Positions 49,664 through 63,270 of a stretch of DNA of 64,000 nt are shown here, one piece after another; position 1 is the first letter of the stretch, and each line of letters opens with the position of its first letter. The notes beneath the pieces are model-generated. The model was given only the letters and a program-made list of their open reading frames with translations. It did not search any database and had not been told where the DNA came from. The stretch is from Chiloscyllium plagiosum (lineage: Eukaryota), in contig NC_057720.1 of assembly GCF_004010195.1 (NCBI RefSeq), forward strand, positions 17,106,603 through 17,170,602. The letters run 5' to 3'. The position numbers were made by a program, and so were the translations under genes.

Positions 49664-50778
49664 AAAGATTCTGAAACAGGTGAAACATAACACTTTTGTA
49701 GTATTTAATAGCATAGTGTGAAATAGTAACAGTAGCATTACTTGTACAATGCATTTCACAATGGGAAAAGGCAGCAAATTTAGCTGACCTAACTTTTGGG
49801 TGAAAAGTGTTAAACTGGTCTTCCAGTTCAGGCTACATTCAGATTAACATAACTCTTGTACGAACATTAAACTTAAGCACAGCCTTGTTGCTTTGTCAGC
49901 AAAGAATGTACTCTGATACATAACAGTACAGGGCAGGCAACGGTTTTGACACATTCTATTATCAACATTGTAAATATGAATGTGCAAATACTCCACACAT
50001 TATCATGATAGAAAAAGGTAATGGATTTAAACAAACCTGAAGGCTGCTCTTCTCAATTACAGCTCTCATTCTTTTGTCCTCACACTGAACTGACAGGGCC
50101 ACATTTTCAAAGGTCTGAATCTCTTCTGCTTCAGATAATCCGTTCCTCATTAATTGTTCAAATGTGCTATCCTGGGATCTCTGTGGCAGTTTGAGAGATG
50201 TGTCCACCCTGTCATAATCATCTTGGTCAAAAGGAAATGGAAACTGAAAGACTTCGCGAAGTCCAGGAAACACCTCATCAGGTGATTTCAATGGCTTTCT
50301 CAGAATTGCAAGTTCTGGTGGCAGAAAAGATTCTATGTCCTCTTCTTCAGCTATGGATAAAGGGGGAGGAGTTGGCAAACAATATTGATTTTGAAACATT
50401 GATTTTTCTTTTGAAAAACAGTTCTCACTTTCAAGACTCAATTTACTGTAAAATTATAGTTATAATAAACTTGCATCTTCTTATTACAGGAGAAAGTGAG
50501 GTCTGCAGATGCTGGAGATCAAAGTTGAAACTTTATTGCTGGAACAGCACAGCAGGTCAGGCAGCATCCAGGGAACAGGACTCCACTGAACCCCTGCATA
50601 ACAATCTGAATTAAGATTTAACTCATCTGACCTCTGCCAATTTTTAAATGTCTAGCAGCATTGCTACTTAATAAATAAAGATTCTGAACAGCTGGAACAT
50701 AACACTATTGTAGTATTTAATATCATAGTGTGAAACTGTAACAGTAGCATTACTGTACTTTTACAATGCATTTCATAA
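49664..50778 (+). repeat. Pair of ~100-bp direct repeats (49664-49760 and 50677-50778) flanking a TGFBR3 exon
   Basis: AAAGATTCTGAA..AACATAACACT.TTGTAGTATTTAATA.CATAGTGTGAAA..GTAACAGTAGCATTACT..TACAATGCATTTCA in both. Confidence 0.85.
50037..50350 (-). CDS. TGFBR3: TGFBR3 exon (exon 9 equivalent), linker and start of ZP-N
   Basis: catag|CTGAAG...TCAG|gtttgt; 314 nt, phase 1-0; EEEDIESFLPPELAIL...FPFP...VALSVQCEDKRMRAVIEKSSLQ. Confidence 0.95.
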
Positions 50779-52681
50779 GGCAAAAATGCAATCTGAACAA
50801 TACAGGCATTCTCCAGTATTTCTAGTATGTGGGTCCAAGTCACATATGTAGATTGAAATTTAAGAATTCAACATTTACAATTGTTTGAATTCATAATTCA
50901 GTCTACTTCAATCCATTCATTCTTCAAACCTTTTTTGAATAATTGAGTTTTTAAAATGAGATTACAGAAACCAACTTCCTTTTGATCTTTTCTCTATTCT
51001 ACATTTGTCCGTTACAGTATCTGCTCATGATAGGAGCTTGAGACAGTCCATCCTCAGAATGCTTTCATGAATGATACCAAGGTTGTCTAAGGCAGCATAT
51101 CATCAAGCTGTGATAAAGAATTGCCATCTTTTCTTGCCAATGACTTTGCCTAACTAACAGAATCATCGTCCAGGAAAAGGCCAAGTAGTTAAGTCAATTA
51201 CAGAGTATTCAAATAAATCTTCCAGCTAAATGTCATAGGTCTAAACGTGGCAAAGGAACATACAGTACAGTAATTCCACTATTTTACGAATGCCACATAT
51301 TACACCCATTAAAGCATTTACCAGTGCCCTCATTAATAAGGATGGTAAAATAGTAAAATCTATGCTTTTATTTTGTCCTTCAGGTATTGCAAAGGAAAAT
51401 ATATTGTTTTACATTTATTATTACAGGGATTTGAGCCGAGTTTCAAATTAATAGCAAGTCTTTGCCAGTTGTAGTTTCTAATTTATCCTCAAATATTTTT
51501 TGCAGAGGACATGCCCCTGCAATACACTTTCAGTTGCAACACGAATGAAACTGGGTGATACGGAGTTGTTTCTTGAACAGACAACCCTGGGTTGGGGAAA
51601 AGTGCTATGGTCCTCAGGGCCCCAAACCAAGTAATTCCCAGTGAACATTTTCCATGGAGCAATCCTTTTGTGCAAGACATGGGATGCTGAGGAAATAATT
51701 CAACATGTTTTTGTTTTAAAAAGTGACAAGAATCTTTAATATTAGAATGTTTACAAACATAACTCTCTTGGGTTACTTGCCTTATTGGTTCCTTATTTAT
51801 CAATGACTGCTAAGAAGTGATACTTTATAATGAAATATGGTGTTTCATAGATTTCCCAGGCCATACTTTTGCCAATGCTTTTTCAAAAGAACCTTCAAAA
51901 TCCACAACTGCTACAATTTAGAAGCCCATGGATAGTACACTCATTGGAACACCAACACCTCCAAAATCACATACCATTCTGACTTTGATCTATCTTACTG
52001 TTCCTTCATCATTATACAGTCAAAAGGCAGCCTCTCCCTATGTTAAGTGCTGTATAAGCAACTTCATTAAATGTACTGCCATACTTCAAAATCTGGCCCA
52101 CTATCACCTTCTCAGAACAACTAAACAGTGTCAATAAATAAATGCCATTTATGTCAGTTTCCCAAAGATTAAAAAAAGTTAAAATGTTCAGGGACAGTGC
52201 TTTATCTTTTAATAATAAGTGATGTTTGTTCCCGTAGTAATTATGCTCGTTCCTGATTCCTTTCCCACTTAAATTGCTTATGGAAGAGTTTAATACTTAG
52301 CTCTTGTTGATAATTCCTCACTACAGAGCTGCACAGAAAGCATCTCAACTGCATTGTAAGTCACTTTTCACACTGGAAGGATACACATGGGTAAAAGAGA
52401 AAGAAACAGCATGTGTATTGTGACAGAGAGAAACAAGTGCCAGAAGTACAATGGTAGCAGGAAGAACTACTAAAGTTGACCAGTATGGTGACAACATTAT
52501 TGTGTGAGCACAGTATGGCAACTTGTTACATATTGCATCACCTCATCATCATACCACAACCTATCTGACAACCAACTGAAGATGAGGAAGAAGGGAGGAG
52601 GCAAGTAACACAACCCAGTCAAAGCAACCCTTATTTCTTATTCACCAAGTCCCACAATTACTTTATCTTGATTACTGATCA

Positions 52682-53030
52682 GGGCTGCATGATTGCTCAG
52701 TGGTTATCACTGCTGTCTCATAGATCCAGGGACCTGGGTTTAATTTCACCCTTGGGCACCTGTGGAGTTTGCACTTTCTCCTAGTGTCTATTTGGGTTTC
52801 CTCTAGGTGCTTGGATGTTCTCCCACAGTCCTAAGATGTGCAGGCTAGGTGGATTGGCCATCTTAAATTGGCCACAGTGTCCAAAGATGTGCAGGCTAGG
52901 TCGGTTAGCCATTGGAAATGTGGGGTTATAGGAATAAGGTAGTCAGGTGGGTCTGGGTGGGATTCTTTGGAGGGTCAGTGTGTACTTGATGGGCCGAATA
53001 GCCTACTTCCACACTGTATGGATTTATGAT
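52682..53030 (+). mobile_element. HE1-type V-SINE with internally duplicated segment
   Basis: AAGATGTGCAGGCTAGGT present twice. Confidence 0.75.
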
Positions 53031-53310
53031 CTGTACCCTCCTGTATCCTTTGACAACCTTCTTCACTATCCACATGGTGGGAGGAAGTGATATGACAATT
53101 TGTTTGCAGTCAAATTATTTGTACATTGCTGAGAGGTGAGCTCCAAGATATGGATACAGAGGCTGTTTGTTATACAAATGAATTGTGCAAGCGAGATCCT
53201 GCCTATTAGGGAACAGAGTAAATAACAAGAAAATGGTGAAGAATATCAGCATTATGTGAGAACTGAAAAACAAATATTTCAGAAATGAAAAACTAAATAT
53301 TTTCAACTTA

Positions 53311-53611
53311 GGGTAGCATGGTGGCTCAGTGGTGAGCACTACAGCCTCACAGCACCAGGGACCCACGTTCAATTCCAGCCTCGGGTGACTGTCTGTGTGG
53401 AGTTTGCACATTCTCCCTGTGTCTGCGTGGGTTTCCTCCCACAGTCCAAAGATGTGCAGGTCAGGTGAATTGACCATGGTAAATTGCCCATAGTGTTGGG
53501 TGCATTAGTCAGAGGGAAGCAGGTCTGGGTGGGTTACTCTTCAGAGGGTTGGTGTGGATTTGTTGGGCTGAAGGGCCTGTTTCCACACTGTAGGGAATCT
53601 AATCTAATCTA
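53311..53611 (+). mobile_element. HE1-type V-SINE
   Basis: tRNA head, V domain, (AATCT)3 tail. Confidence 0.85.
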
Positions 53612-53649
53612 AAAACTTTGAAAATGCAATCAGCTTCAAAGACTCCAAA

Positions 53650-54030
53650 GACCTGATCGAAGCTTATAAAATAATAAGAGGAATGGACAGAGTTAATGAT
53701 AATTGTCTTTTCCTTATGACGGGGGCTTTCAAGACTAAAGGGCACATTTTAAGGTAAAAGAAGAGAGATTTCAAATAAAACATGAGAGGCAATTTTTTTT
53801 TTTACATAGATGGTGGTTCGCGTGTAGAATAAACTTCCTGAGGAAGTGGTGGATGCAGGTACAATTACAACGTTTAAAAGACATTTGAATAGGTACGTGA
53901 ATAGGAAAGAGTTGGCAGGATATGGGCCAGCAGCAGGCAGATGGGGCTAGTTTAGTTTCAGATTATGTTCAACATGGACTGGGTGGACCAAAGGGTCGAT
54001 TTCTGTGCTGTATAATTCTATACCTCTATG
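53650..54030 (+). mobile_element. CR1 3' end
   Basis: Homologous to 11040-11612. Confidence 0.8.
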
Positions 54031-56410
54031 ACATATATTATACACATTAAATATACAGTGAAGTTACATAACTAAATGCCTAATAGTATGTTTGAAACTC
54101 AGCCTCAGGGTTTCACATAAATGTGTCACTTGAATGTTTCACCATCTAGACCAACCAATGACTTGAGCAAAACCAAGATTGACTTATGTCTATAACTGTG
54201 TTACATAACTGATTCACGTGATTCTACAGGAAACTGAATTCATGAACTTACTAACACAAGCATCAGGTTAATACACAATCTAAACTAATTCCATTTAGAA
54301 ACTGCCATAGCAAAAAACCAACAGACTTTTCCGCTGCAAGTGAACTTGTTTTTCCAGAAGTATGTTCAATTCATTGCAACAGTCTCCTCCTACCTTCAAC
54401 CAAATAATTTTTCTGAACAAGGAAGGTACCATGCCTATATCTTTATATAGGCCTTTTAAGAAGCCTGTCTGGAGTTAAATCCAGAGACAGAGACAGAGAC
54501 AATCAGGGAAATGTGATGACCAATTTGAAAGTATAATAATAGAAAAAGCTTCGGATCTTTTAATTAATAATTTGGTCCCACAGAGATAATTTGCTTTAAG
54601 TGTTAGATGAACTGTGCATTTCAACAAGTTGACCTGTGATTTAATTTTGTATAACTGATTAGAAGCAACAAAATTTCTAACATTTTCAAAGGTCCGGCAC
54701 GTTCTGGCCAACATTTGCTGCAGCACATTAGTGCTTCTTGGCAAACAAATGTTGATTTCCTGTTGAGATGCATAGTTTTTTTTTTAAACGTTGCTACGGT
54801 TTGAAGCAACTTGTCTTTTTTTGATTGTGAAGGTCTTGCACCTGTCAGCCGACCACTTGTTCCACAGACATTTGGATGGCTGATTCTCGCTCCCCCCCAA
54901 CCCCCCAGAGCAGCTGCAATGCATCTCTTGTCTCCATTAAGAATTTCTGAATCACTTCCAGCACTTCAGTTTCAAAAGGACTACAAATTTTATGTACTTC
55001 AACTTTCAAAAAAGAATTTACAACTGTTTAACTGGGTAATGCCAAACTACCAAACCAGCTGAGAAATGAGCAGAATAACTTGTGTACAAGAATGGTATCA
55101 TTCCTCTAAGGGATAAAGTTGCATGCCCATCACAGCTGTAGTCTCCTTCTTCATATTCCCCTCAACCACAGCTCACAGAATTGACAATCACCCAGGAGGA
55201 ATGAGCAGCATTTAGTGGTACCCCATGGTCCCCACAAACCACACTCCCACCTGGCTGGCCAAAACTCCAATGGCTGCTCCACAGCAATTTAAAGCTGAAA
55301 GCAGCGCTAACTTCTTTAAAGTGAGGAGTAAGAATTAGTTGCCCACTTAAGGGGCTCAATTGGTGGCAGGGTGTGAAGGTCTGAGCAAGTGTGCCCCTGT
55401 CATCAAACTCAATATGAGAGAGGGCAAAATGAATGAAACAGGACTTGTGGAACACAACCAGACTTTAGCCAGCAAGCGGTAGTTAACGTTTGAATTGCAA
55501 TGTTAGGCAACGAAAACCAAAGCTTTCAATCATGTACTGACCTTCAACGGCACCACCAACCACCAATTAATCTTTCCCGTCCACTTGTTAGGGGTCTGGT
55601 ACCTTGGAAGGTACAGCCACATTAACACTCTGGCTGCTTAAGCAATGCAGAGGCCAGGTACTCAGCAACATATGGTTTCTGACCATTTTAATGCCTCACC
55701 ACTATCTTCAAAATTCATAACAAGTGTGACAAATACTAACCGCAATGGGCACAGCCAAACTACAAGTAATTAGTTCAATAGCAACACAAGACAGAACTGT
55801 ACTTGTTTGATGTCTCTGCCAGTGAAAGAACAACTATTGGAAATCAAATGAGTGCTACTGACTTTATCCTGGTCACCTTGTTAAAAATGTTGGTCACACG
55901 CTGTTCAATTGTATATGCAGAGGCAAATTGTGCATTGCTCAGTTGTGATTTGAATGCTGAGTAGGGAGGCAACTGTTTATAACTAAATCAAGCAGATTTC
56001 AATTCCATCAATGAGAAAGAATATTCTCTAACATGAACTATTACAGATATACTTGGGAATGACATTAGCCTGGATTTTTGCAACAATGAAAGCTTTTTCG
56101 TCATTACTAAAATGGCAGAGGAAGCCAAATCCAGGTCTTGCTTTCAAACACAATTCCCACCATTTTCATTGGGTTGGGATACATTTCAATGACTTTCATT
56201 CCTGGCTTGGTTTCATAACTTAGGTGAACGAAACATGATGTGCGCAGATTAGATTTACTAGAAATTGGAATAAACTTTGTGGAATCTTTTAGTGAGTTGG
56301 GATACCCTTTTGGAGAAGTAAAGTACCTCTCTGGATACTGTCCCTGGACACTGTTACTTTCAAGAAAGGTAAAGATTGTTAAAAGTAGGAGTGTGTAAAC
56401 AAATGCATAA

Positions 56411-56704
56411 GGGATGGCACGGTGGCACAGTGGTTAGCACTGCTGCCTCACAGCACCAGAGACCTGAGTTCAATTCCCGCCTCAGGCGACTGTGTGGAGT
56501 TTGCGTGGGTTTCCTCCGGGTGCTCCGGTTTCCTCCCACAGTCCAAAAATGTGCAGGTTAGGTGAATTGGCCATGCTAAATTGCCCATAGTGTTAGGCAA
56601 AGTGGTAAATGTAGGGGAATGGGTCTGGGTGGGTTGCGCTTCGGCGGGTCGGTGTGGACTTGTTGGGTTGAAGGGCCTGTTTCCACACTAAGTAATCTAA
56701 TCTA
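56411..56704 (+). mobile_element. HE1-type V-SINE (same subfamily as 22512-22821)
   Basis: GGCACGGTGGCACAGTGGTTAGCAC...GTAATCTAATCT. Confidence 0.88.
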
Positions 56705-57853
56705 AAGTTCATTACCTATTAAGCTCAGTGGAACGGTTACAAACTATACAAAAGTTTCAAAAGCAACTGTGAAAAGCACCTACCTTTTAAGTACTTAAAG
56801 ACAACTGTCTGCGGTGTTAAAAATAACTTGCCTTTCCACTTTGCTGACATAAGACTAAGGATTATTATTACTGGATTAATGCTGTACGGCTGATTTCACG
56901 ACTTTCCATTATCACAGAAGCTGACTGCCATTTCAGTTTGATTGACAGCTCCTACTGGCTATAGTCTCTCTGAAGTGGGAATACAGATTCCAATTCTTGG
57001 TTTTGTAAGGGATTAAACACTTAAATAAAACTTTGTCCCTCATGAAGGACTACATAATTGAAGAGATGCAAACATATGGGTTGTAAACGTTTTAAAAAAT
57101 ATTCAATTGTTGAAAAATAAAGTGAATTTGTCAATAAATGTTAATTTCAACCCAGCATAGGACCCAAGACCTGGCATGATGGATATTGGGTGAGTTGTCA
57201 TTGTAACGGAAAGGGCAAAGGGTGAAAGAAAGAGAGGGTGAAGCGGGTAGCACAACACAGACTGACAATGAAGGTATGAGGGAGCCACGGAGGATGGCTA
57301 GAGGGATTAGGTTTGTATAAAGTCTACAAATGACTAGGGGGGGTGGGTCGAGGGTGTATAGGATGCGGTAAGGGCTGTAAAGCGCCAAGGAGGTGGGCAG
57401 GGGAAAACAGGATACAATGGAGATTGTCAGAGGTCATGGCAGATGGGAGGGGACATAAGCCTGGCATGAATGGGCATTGGATGCTTGTGGAGGAGTTTAT
57501 GAAAAAAAGCTTCAGTGCAGGAGCACTGAGGCAACCCTACCGCCCAGCCTGTCTCTGCACCTGGCAGCTTCCACACCGATTTCCCAATCAACCAGCTCGA
57601 ATCCCAGATAATCTGGCAATCACAGAACAAATATCACAACGAGTGGGGCCTTTTCTCCTGGACTGGATGTGCAGAGGCAGAGAATATCCTGACCCTGTAC
57701 ACCCAAAATAGGAGCACAAATCAGGTCACTATGACAAGTAGCTCATTCCAATTGGTTCAAATCAATGTTTGCATATAGCAAACATTTATTTTATTGATAT
57801 GATTCAGAGTACTCAGAATGTAATTCATGGTACATGCACTCATTGGTACTTAC

Positions 57854-58043
57854 AAGCTTCCTGAAGCCTCAAGTGAACTCTGTTTGCAACTGAAGCTTTA
57901 GTATATGAAGTGACTGGACTGTGACCACGTTCTTGAGCCCAGCGCAGAAGATCAATCTGAGTGGATGTCAGATCAGATGACATCTTTTTCACCACAGTCA
58001 TAGATGCTTCTCGACTAAAGTTGATGCTGTCCCTATCGGAGAC
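57854..58043 (-). CDS. TGFBR3: TGFBR3 exon (human exon 8 equivalent), end of orphan domain
   Basis: actag|GTC...GCT T|gtaagt; 190 nt, phase 0-1; VSDRDSINFSREASMTVVKKMSSDLTSTQIDLLRWAQERGHSPVTSYTKASVANRVHLRLQEA resembles human ..GYSPITSYTMAPVANRFHLRLENN; not in the ORF track. Confidence 0.93.
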
Positions 58044-58984
58044 CTAGTTTCAATGGAAACAAGTGTTAATGCAAAACTAATCAAATTAATTAAGGGTGAT
58101 TACTTCAATTTCCCTGACCTGTGCCTTGTGGATGGTGAGTAGGTTTGAGTCACTAGATAAGTTGTTTGCTGTTCAGCTCAACCAAATGTCTATAATATTT
58201 TAAACCACAATGTGTTCATTGAATATTAATGAAAGAAATCCCATTTTATCTACAGTTTTAGTTTGTTAATATTATTTTACAGGTTAAATGTTTGCCACCA
58301 TAACAAACAGATTGCATCTCATCACTACAAAAAGTATACACAGCTCAGGTTAGAAGTATAAAAGAATCACAACAGCCAAAGCAAAATTTCCAGTCATTTT
58401 ATTATAGCCCCAAACTGAGCTCTTTCCCAAACAGAGTATTTGGCATTGCTCCCATTATGGTTCTTCATCCCCAAAAGACATGCGATAGCATCGCTGCAGC
58501 TGTACAGAGAGGATGTGAGCTATAACTAAAAACACAATGGCAGTGTGAAATAAACCAAGTAACAACTTTACTTAGTTGTCTGCAGTAATGTAAAATTATA
58601 TATCCGTGGCTAAATATATTTCACTGTATTTCTTTTTAGCAATCCAAAGTTTTGCAAGCTAAATCAGTGTCTTGTTGTCTTTTTTTAAAGTTCATATTAT
58701 GATTGCACAATTAATGCAAAAACTATCTTCAAGTGTACTTGCAAACCTATTGTTAGAATTATCAATACTTTAAGTGCAGTACATGAAATATAGCAATTTG
58801 TGGGAACTTCAATACTATGCTAATGATGATTTGGGAACAATATTGATTATCGAATCATTGAGGAAATTAATGGCCAATTCTTTGCATATAAATCATGACA
58901 CACCTTAATCATTTCATTCCCAATTACTTGAAATCTGTTTGAAATGTACATGAAAAACCCACTGAAAGAAGGGTTGTCTGGTAA

Positions 58985-59080
58985 TGATTCTGAGGAAGGG
59001 CCACTTAACCTGAAGTGATAACTGTGAATTCTCTCCACAGATGCTGCCAGACGTGCTAAGTTTTTCTAGCTTTTTTTTGC
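58985..59080 (+). mobile_element. PLE terminal fragment with eroded hammerhead
   Basis: ATTCTGAGGAAGGGCCACTTAACCTGAAGTG..CTCTCCACAGATGCTGCCAGAC. Confidence 0.5.
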
Positions 59081-59649
59081 CTCTGGTAATGATGGCTTAC
59101 ATCATTACATTTAAAAAATATATTTCAAGATTAAAAAAAAAGCCCATGACTAAATTAAGTTGTCAGTTTACAAATATTATACCATTTTACAAAACCTTCT
59201 GCTACCTAACTGATGTCACAGCTTATATTTCACTTAGGACTCCTTTGCTGACTGATGATTTTTGACCATGTTAATCTGTCACTAATTGTTCAATCTGATC
59301 AGAAAGTTCCTTAAATTATGTTTAGCTCATCTGCGATCCCTCCCCCCCACCTATTGCCCTTGTCCAATATAATAATTTAAACAAAATTATATTTAGTACC
59401 ACTCTTCCCTCTATTTTAGAAATCCTACTCTAGAATCTGGAGAACAAAAGTCTACAAAGCACCTGCAATGAAGGTTCATAATATATTTTTGTTATTTGAG
59501 AACTTGGGTTCTAAAGTTGAGGGAAAATGGATATTAAATTACATTTCTGTGAAGATCTGTTTTTTTAAGAATAGTCAGTCATTTTTGTACAGCACATTTG
59601 GAGGTATTGTCTTTGCTTAAGATTTTATTTCAGAGTCTCCATTTGTTCT

Positions 59650-59900
59650 CTCAGGTAGATATAAAAACACTGCATTGCACAATTTAAAGAAGAGCAGTGA
59701 ATGATCTCTGGTGTCCTGGCCAATATTTGTCCCTCAGTCTCATTAATAATCTGATCATCTGGGCCTTGTCACGTTTCTCTTTGTGGGGACTTGTTATGCA
59801 CAGATATGTTTCCTACATTTATCACTTCAAATGTACTACATCTTCTGTCAAATGCTTTTGAATATTCAGAGGCAATGAAAAGCACAATATAAGTGCTAAC
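59650..59900 (+). mobile_element. Deu-domain SINE fragment (similar copy at ~63550-63735)
   Basis: GAAGAGCAG..TGGTGTCCTGGCCAATATTT.TCCCTCA..TTTCCTACATT. Confidence 0.55.
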
Positions 59901-62301
59901 TCCTAGGGAAATGGGTGGGAGAGGAGAGATGCCAGATGGACTAAACAATAATTTAAGTGCTAGCTCCTTGTCTATTTTACAAATTTAGCCACTCAATTGT
60001 CTTTCTGGTTTTTAATACTTTAATTATATTCTTGGAAGCTCCAGCCTCTCCCAAAAGCCTTTGGTTGGTCTTGATATTTTCATCCAAATTTCATTCGCAG
60101 GAACGGAATTTGGATTGAACAGTCTAAGCATGTGCTGCGTGTCTCGTTTCCCAGTCGGTTATAGGAATGGATAAAAATGCAAAATCTTTTAGCATATTTG
60201 GTGCAGCAATATCTTCACAATAATTGTGAAAAGCAGAACAACAAATGACAAAATTTACATTCCCACAGTTTATTTTCTAAAATGTAATTCAATGTATATG
60301 GAAGTGAACAAACAAAAAATATTAGTTTATAAAAGTTTCACACACTCAATGCCCAAACATCCAGAAACCAGGGCTGACGTTCTGGGGACATTTGGCAGAT
60401 GGTGAAATTAAAAGCTTGCCTGATGGTGACTAGGTAACCACTTCTGATAGTCATAAAAACCTATCTGATTCACTAACCTCCTTCAGGGAAGGAAAGATAT
60501 CTCTTTATATGGTCTGGCCTATAAGCAACTCCACACCCATAACGAGATGGTGGACACTCAAATACCTTCTGGATAATTAGGGATGTGCAAAAGATGCTGG
60601 CCTAGTTACAACCGTCCAAATTCTACGAATGAATAAAAAAAGCACACACAAAACCCAGAGGGCAAGATTTCTCAGATGGTGGGGTTTCCCATTCTAGTAC
60701 CCATACTATCCAAAAGTCAGTGGATAATGTATCCTGCTGATCAAGGCAGTTTCACAGCATTTTAAACCTCCACAAAGCATTAACTGACTGGAGACAGCTT
60801 TTGCCCACGCAACCATGAAAACCACACCTTAGAGATCTGCCAGCCAAACTGATTGGTCAGCAGTTCTATAATCAGGTGACATGAGCTCAAAATAGATTTA
60901 AAGTTTTGATTTGAATGCAACATCCTTCAATAAGATAGACTGGATCATGAGTGTGTGTTAAATCTGCATTAAATGCTAACTTCTGATGGTTGGCCAGGGT
61001 AGCGATGTCTTCATTCTTGGTCATAGAGATGTTATGCTCACAAAGGGAATAACGTAACAAAAATACCAGAAAATATCACAAACACTGCTAGCTTGTAAAT
61101 CTTCTAAAGATTTGGAATCTGAAGTAATAATAAACTTTTACTTCCATCGTGAAATGGTGGAAGTCAATAGACAAATGATTTTTGACAAATGATTTATATA
61201 TCTTCAAAATGATCCCACAACTGGCTTTGGATACCACAGCTATTTTAGAGGACAGTATTTGAATAAAAGAGGGGGAAAGAGAGAGGAATTTATTTCCAAT
61301 GTATGAGTGAAAGTGGACAGAAGAACAGGTTAAACTCTGAATTCAGACCTACAAATATGTTTTATTTATGTATCATTATCTTTTTGACGACACATTCAGA
61401 AAACATTTTACTCTTGGCATCTGTAAAACAACCACCAATTGACAGCATTGGGCAAAATTTGACCATGGGAATATCACATCAAGCAAATCCTTTATAGACC
61501 TTTCAGTAGCCTATCCATTTTCAGACAAGAATACACACATTCTATAAATTTCATGGTTAAAATAATTTTTCCATTGAAATGTCTGATCATTTCACAGGCA
61601 TAATGCAGTGTATCTTCGCTAAATTCCCCATTTGTTCCTCATTCGGTTTCTCCTTAATGTGACCAAATTTTAATCCTTTCCCACTGAAAATTCCCATGAA
61701 ATCATCAATACTCCACTCAGAGTGACACTGTGGCTGTATTGTTTTTTGGAGCATTGCTTTTTTACTTCAGGAAACAAAGTTATGTTTAATTATTTAATTT
61801 GATTGTTTATTTCTTCTTTAGAAACCTGTAAAATACAATAAGGTTATATTTCACACCGACACTATTCCACCAGCCCACTCTAGTTTTCATCAGACATCAA
61901 CTCTTCTGATTTTTATCTTTAATTAGCTATAAATTCAATGTCTACAAGTTTATTTTCAGTATTTGTATTTTTTTTTAAAAGTTTTTGATCATTATGTTTA
62001 ATACTTCTGTATATTCATTTTAGTTTAATTTATACAAGTTTAAAAGAAAGTACTCTTTTATAAAGTAGCATTGGATCAATGTAATTGTCACTTACATTAC
62101 ATTATTTTCCACCTACATTAGTTCTCTTTGCAAATGGTCAATTTAATAAATTTGCAAAGAGCATAAATTTACATTAGCTTAAGTATGACTCAAATTCAGG
62201 TTTGTCAGATTTCCTGCTCTGCACGATCTTACTGATTTCAAGCTGTGGACTGACAGCTGAGTAAATACTTATTTCATAACTGCATTGTCACGACTAGTGC
62301 A

Positions 62302-62427
62302 AGGTGAAAGTGAGGACTGCAGATGCTGGAGATCAGAGTCAAGATTAGAGTGGTGCTGGAAAAGCACAGCAGGTCAGGCAGCATCCGAGGAGCAGCAAAA
62401 TCAACGTTTCGGGCAAAAGGGCTTTAA
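62302..62427 (-). mobile_element. Short PLE-derived insertion with 14-bp TSD
   Basis: TCACGACTAGTGCA (62288-62301) / TCATGACTAGTGCA (62428-62441); body matches the 18270-18380 family and is truncated inside hammerhead stem II. Confidence 0.8.
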
Positions 62428-63270
62428 TCATGACTAGTGCATGCCCCATTCCAATTTTCAAAATGCATTTTACTTAATGTTACTGTCAGGGCCCCATGCA
62501 TCTCAGAACAGCTAAAGACATTCTTTGATACAGAGTTATTAAACAATTCATTCTAATACCTTTTCTAGAAACAAAACTATTTGTTAACAACTATTCAAAA
62601 TGAGCTCACCTATATTTAGTAAATAACCTATAATACAAAGGACAACATGAAATAGGAATACAGATAATTATAAAACCTGTACAAAGTATATATTGGGAAA
62701 CTATTTAAGGATGATGGCTAATCTCTTCAAGTTTGGACATTGGATATCCAGGCTGTTAGCTGTGATAATAGATGTTTTTCTTGTATTGATTAAAAAAATG
62801 GAAGCAAAGACTTTTCCTGCATCAAAAACTATAGTTCTTCCTGGCTCACACAAACTGTGTGGATATCGATGGTGAATAGATGTGTTGCCATCCACAAATG
62901 GTTGGCGACAGCACGTACAAAAGTGACTTAATAAAGCAGACACTATTTTGAATTACAGACCTTATGAACCAGGGAGGTTTGATGACTATTTTGAACCCTG
63001 TACATCTCCAACTGAAAAACAGGTATGCTCCATGTCTAATCAAGTACTTACATATTTTAAATCATAGTAGTAGCATATAGGCTAATGAATTTTGGATGTG
63101 CACAAAATTAGGTTTTATTATAGATTAGCTCAATTGACATATGTAAAATAGGATGATATAATAATATGTCCACAGTTTGCAATCACTTTTTTTGTGCATA
63201 AGGGGAAGAATGGATTTCTTCCAGCTTTAATTTGAAATTCCTCTAGTACTAAGCCTTTACAATAAAATGT

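Larger units (their letters stand above)
23617..58043 (-). other. TGFBR3: TGFBR3 (betaglycan) gene, 3' portion: 10 coding exons plus candidate 3' UTR; 5' exons outside window
   Basis: Ten minus-strand GT-AG exons join in frame into orphan-domain end, ZP-N/ZP-C, TM helix and tail GETAGRQQVPTSPPASENSSTAHSIGSTQSTPCSSSSTA*, which matches the recalled human betaglycan tail. Confidence 0.97.

Noticed and set aside
57854..58043. Gene being endoglin or a TGFBR3-like paralog
   Set aside because: Exon sizes, SG GAG sites, TM and the STA-ending tail match TGFBR3 itself
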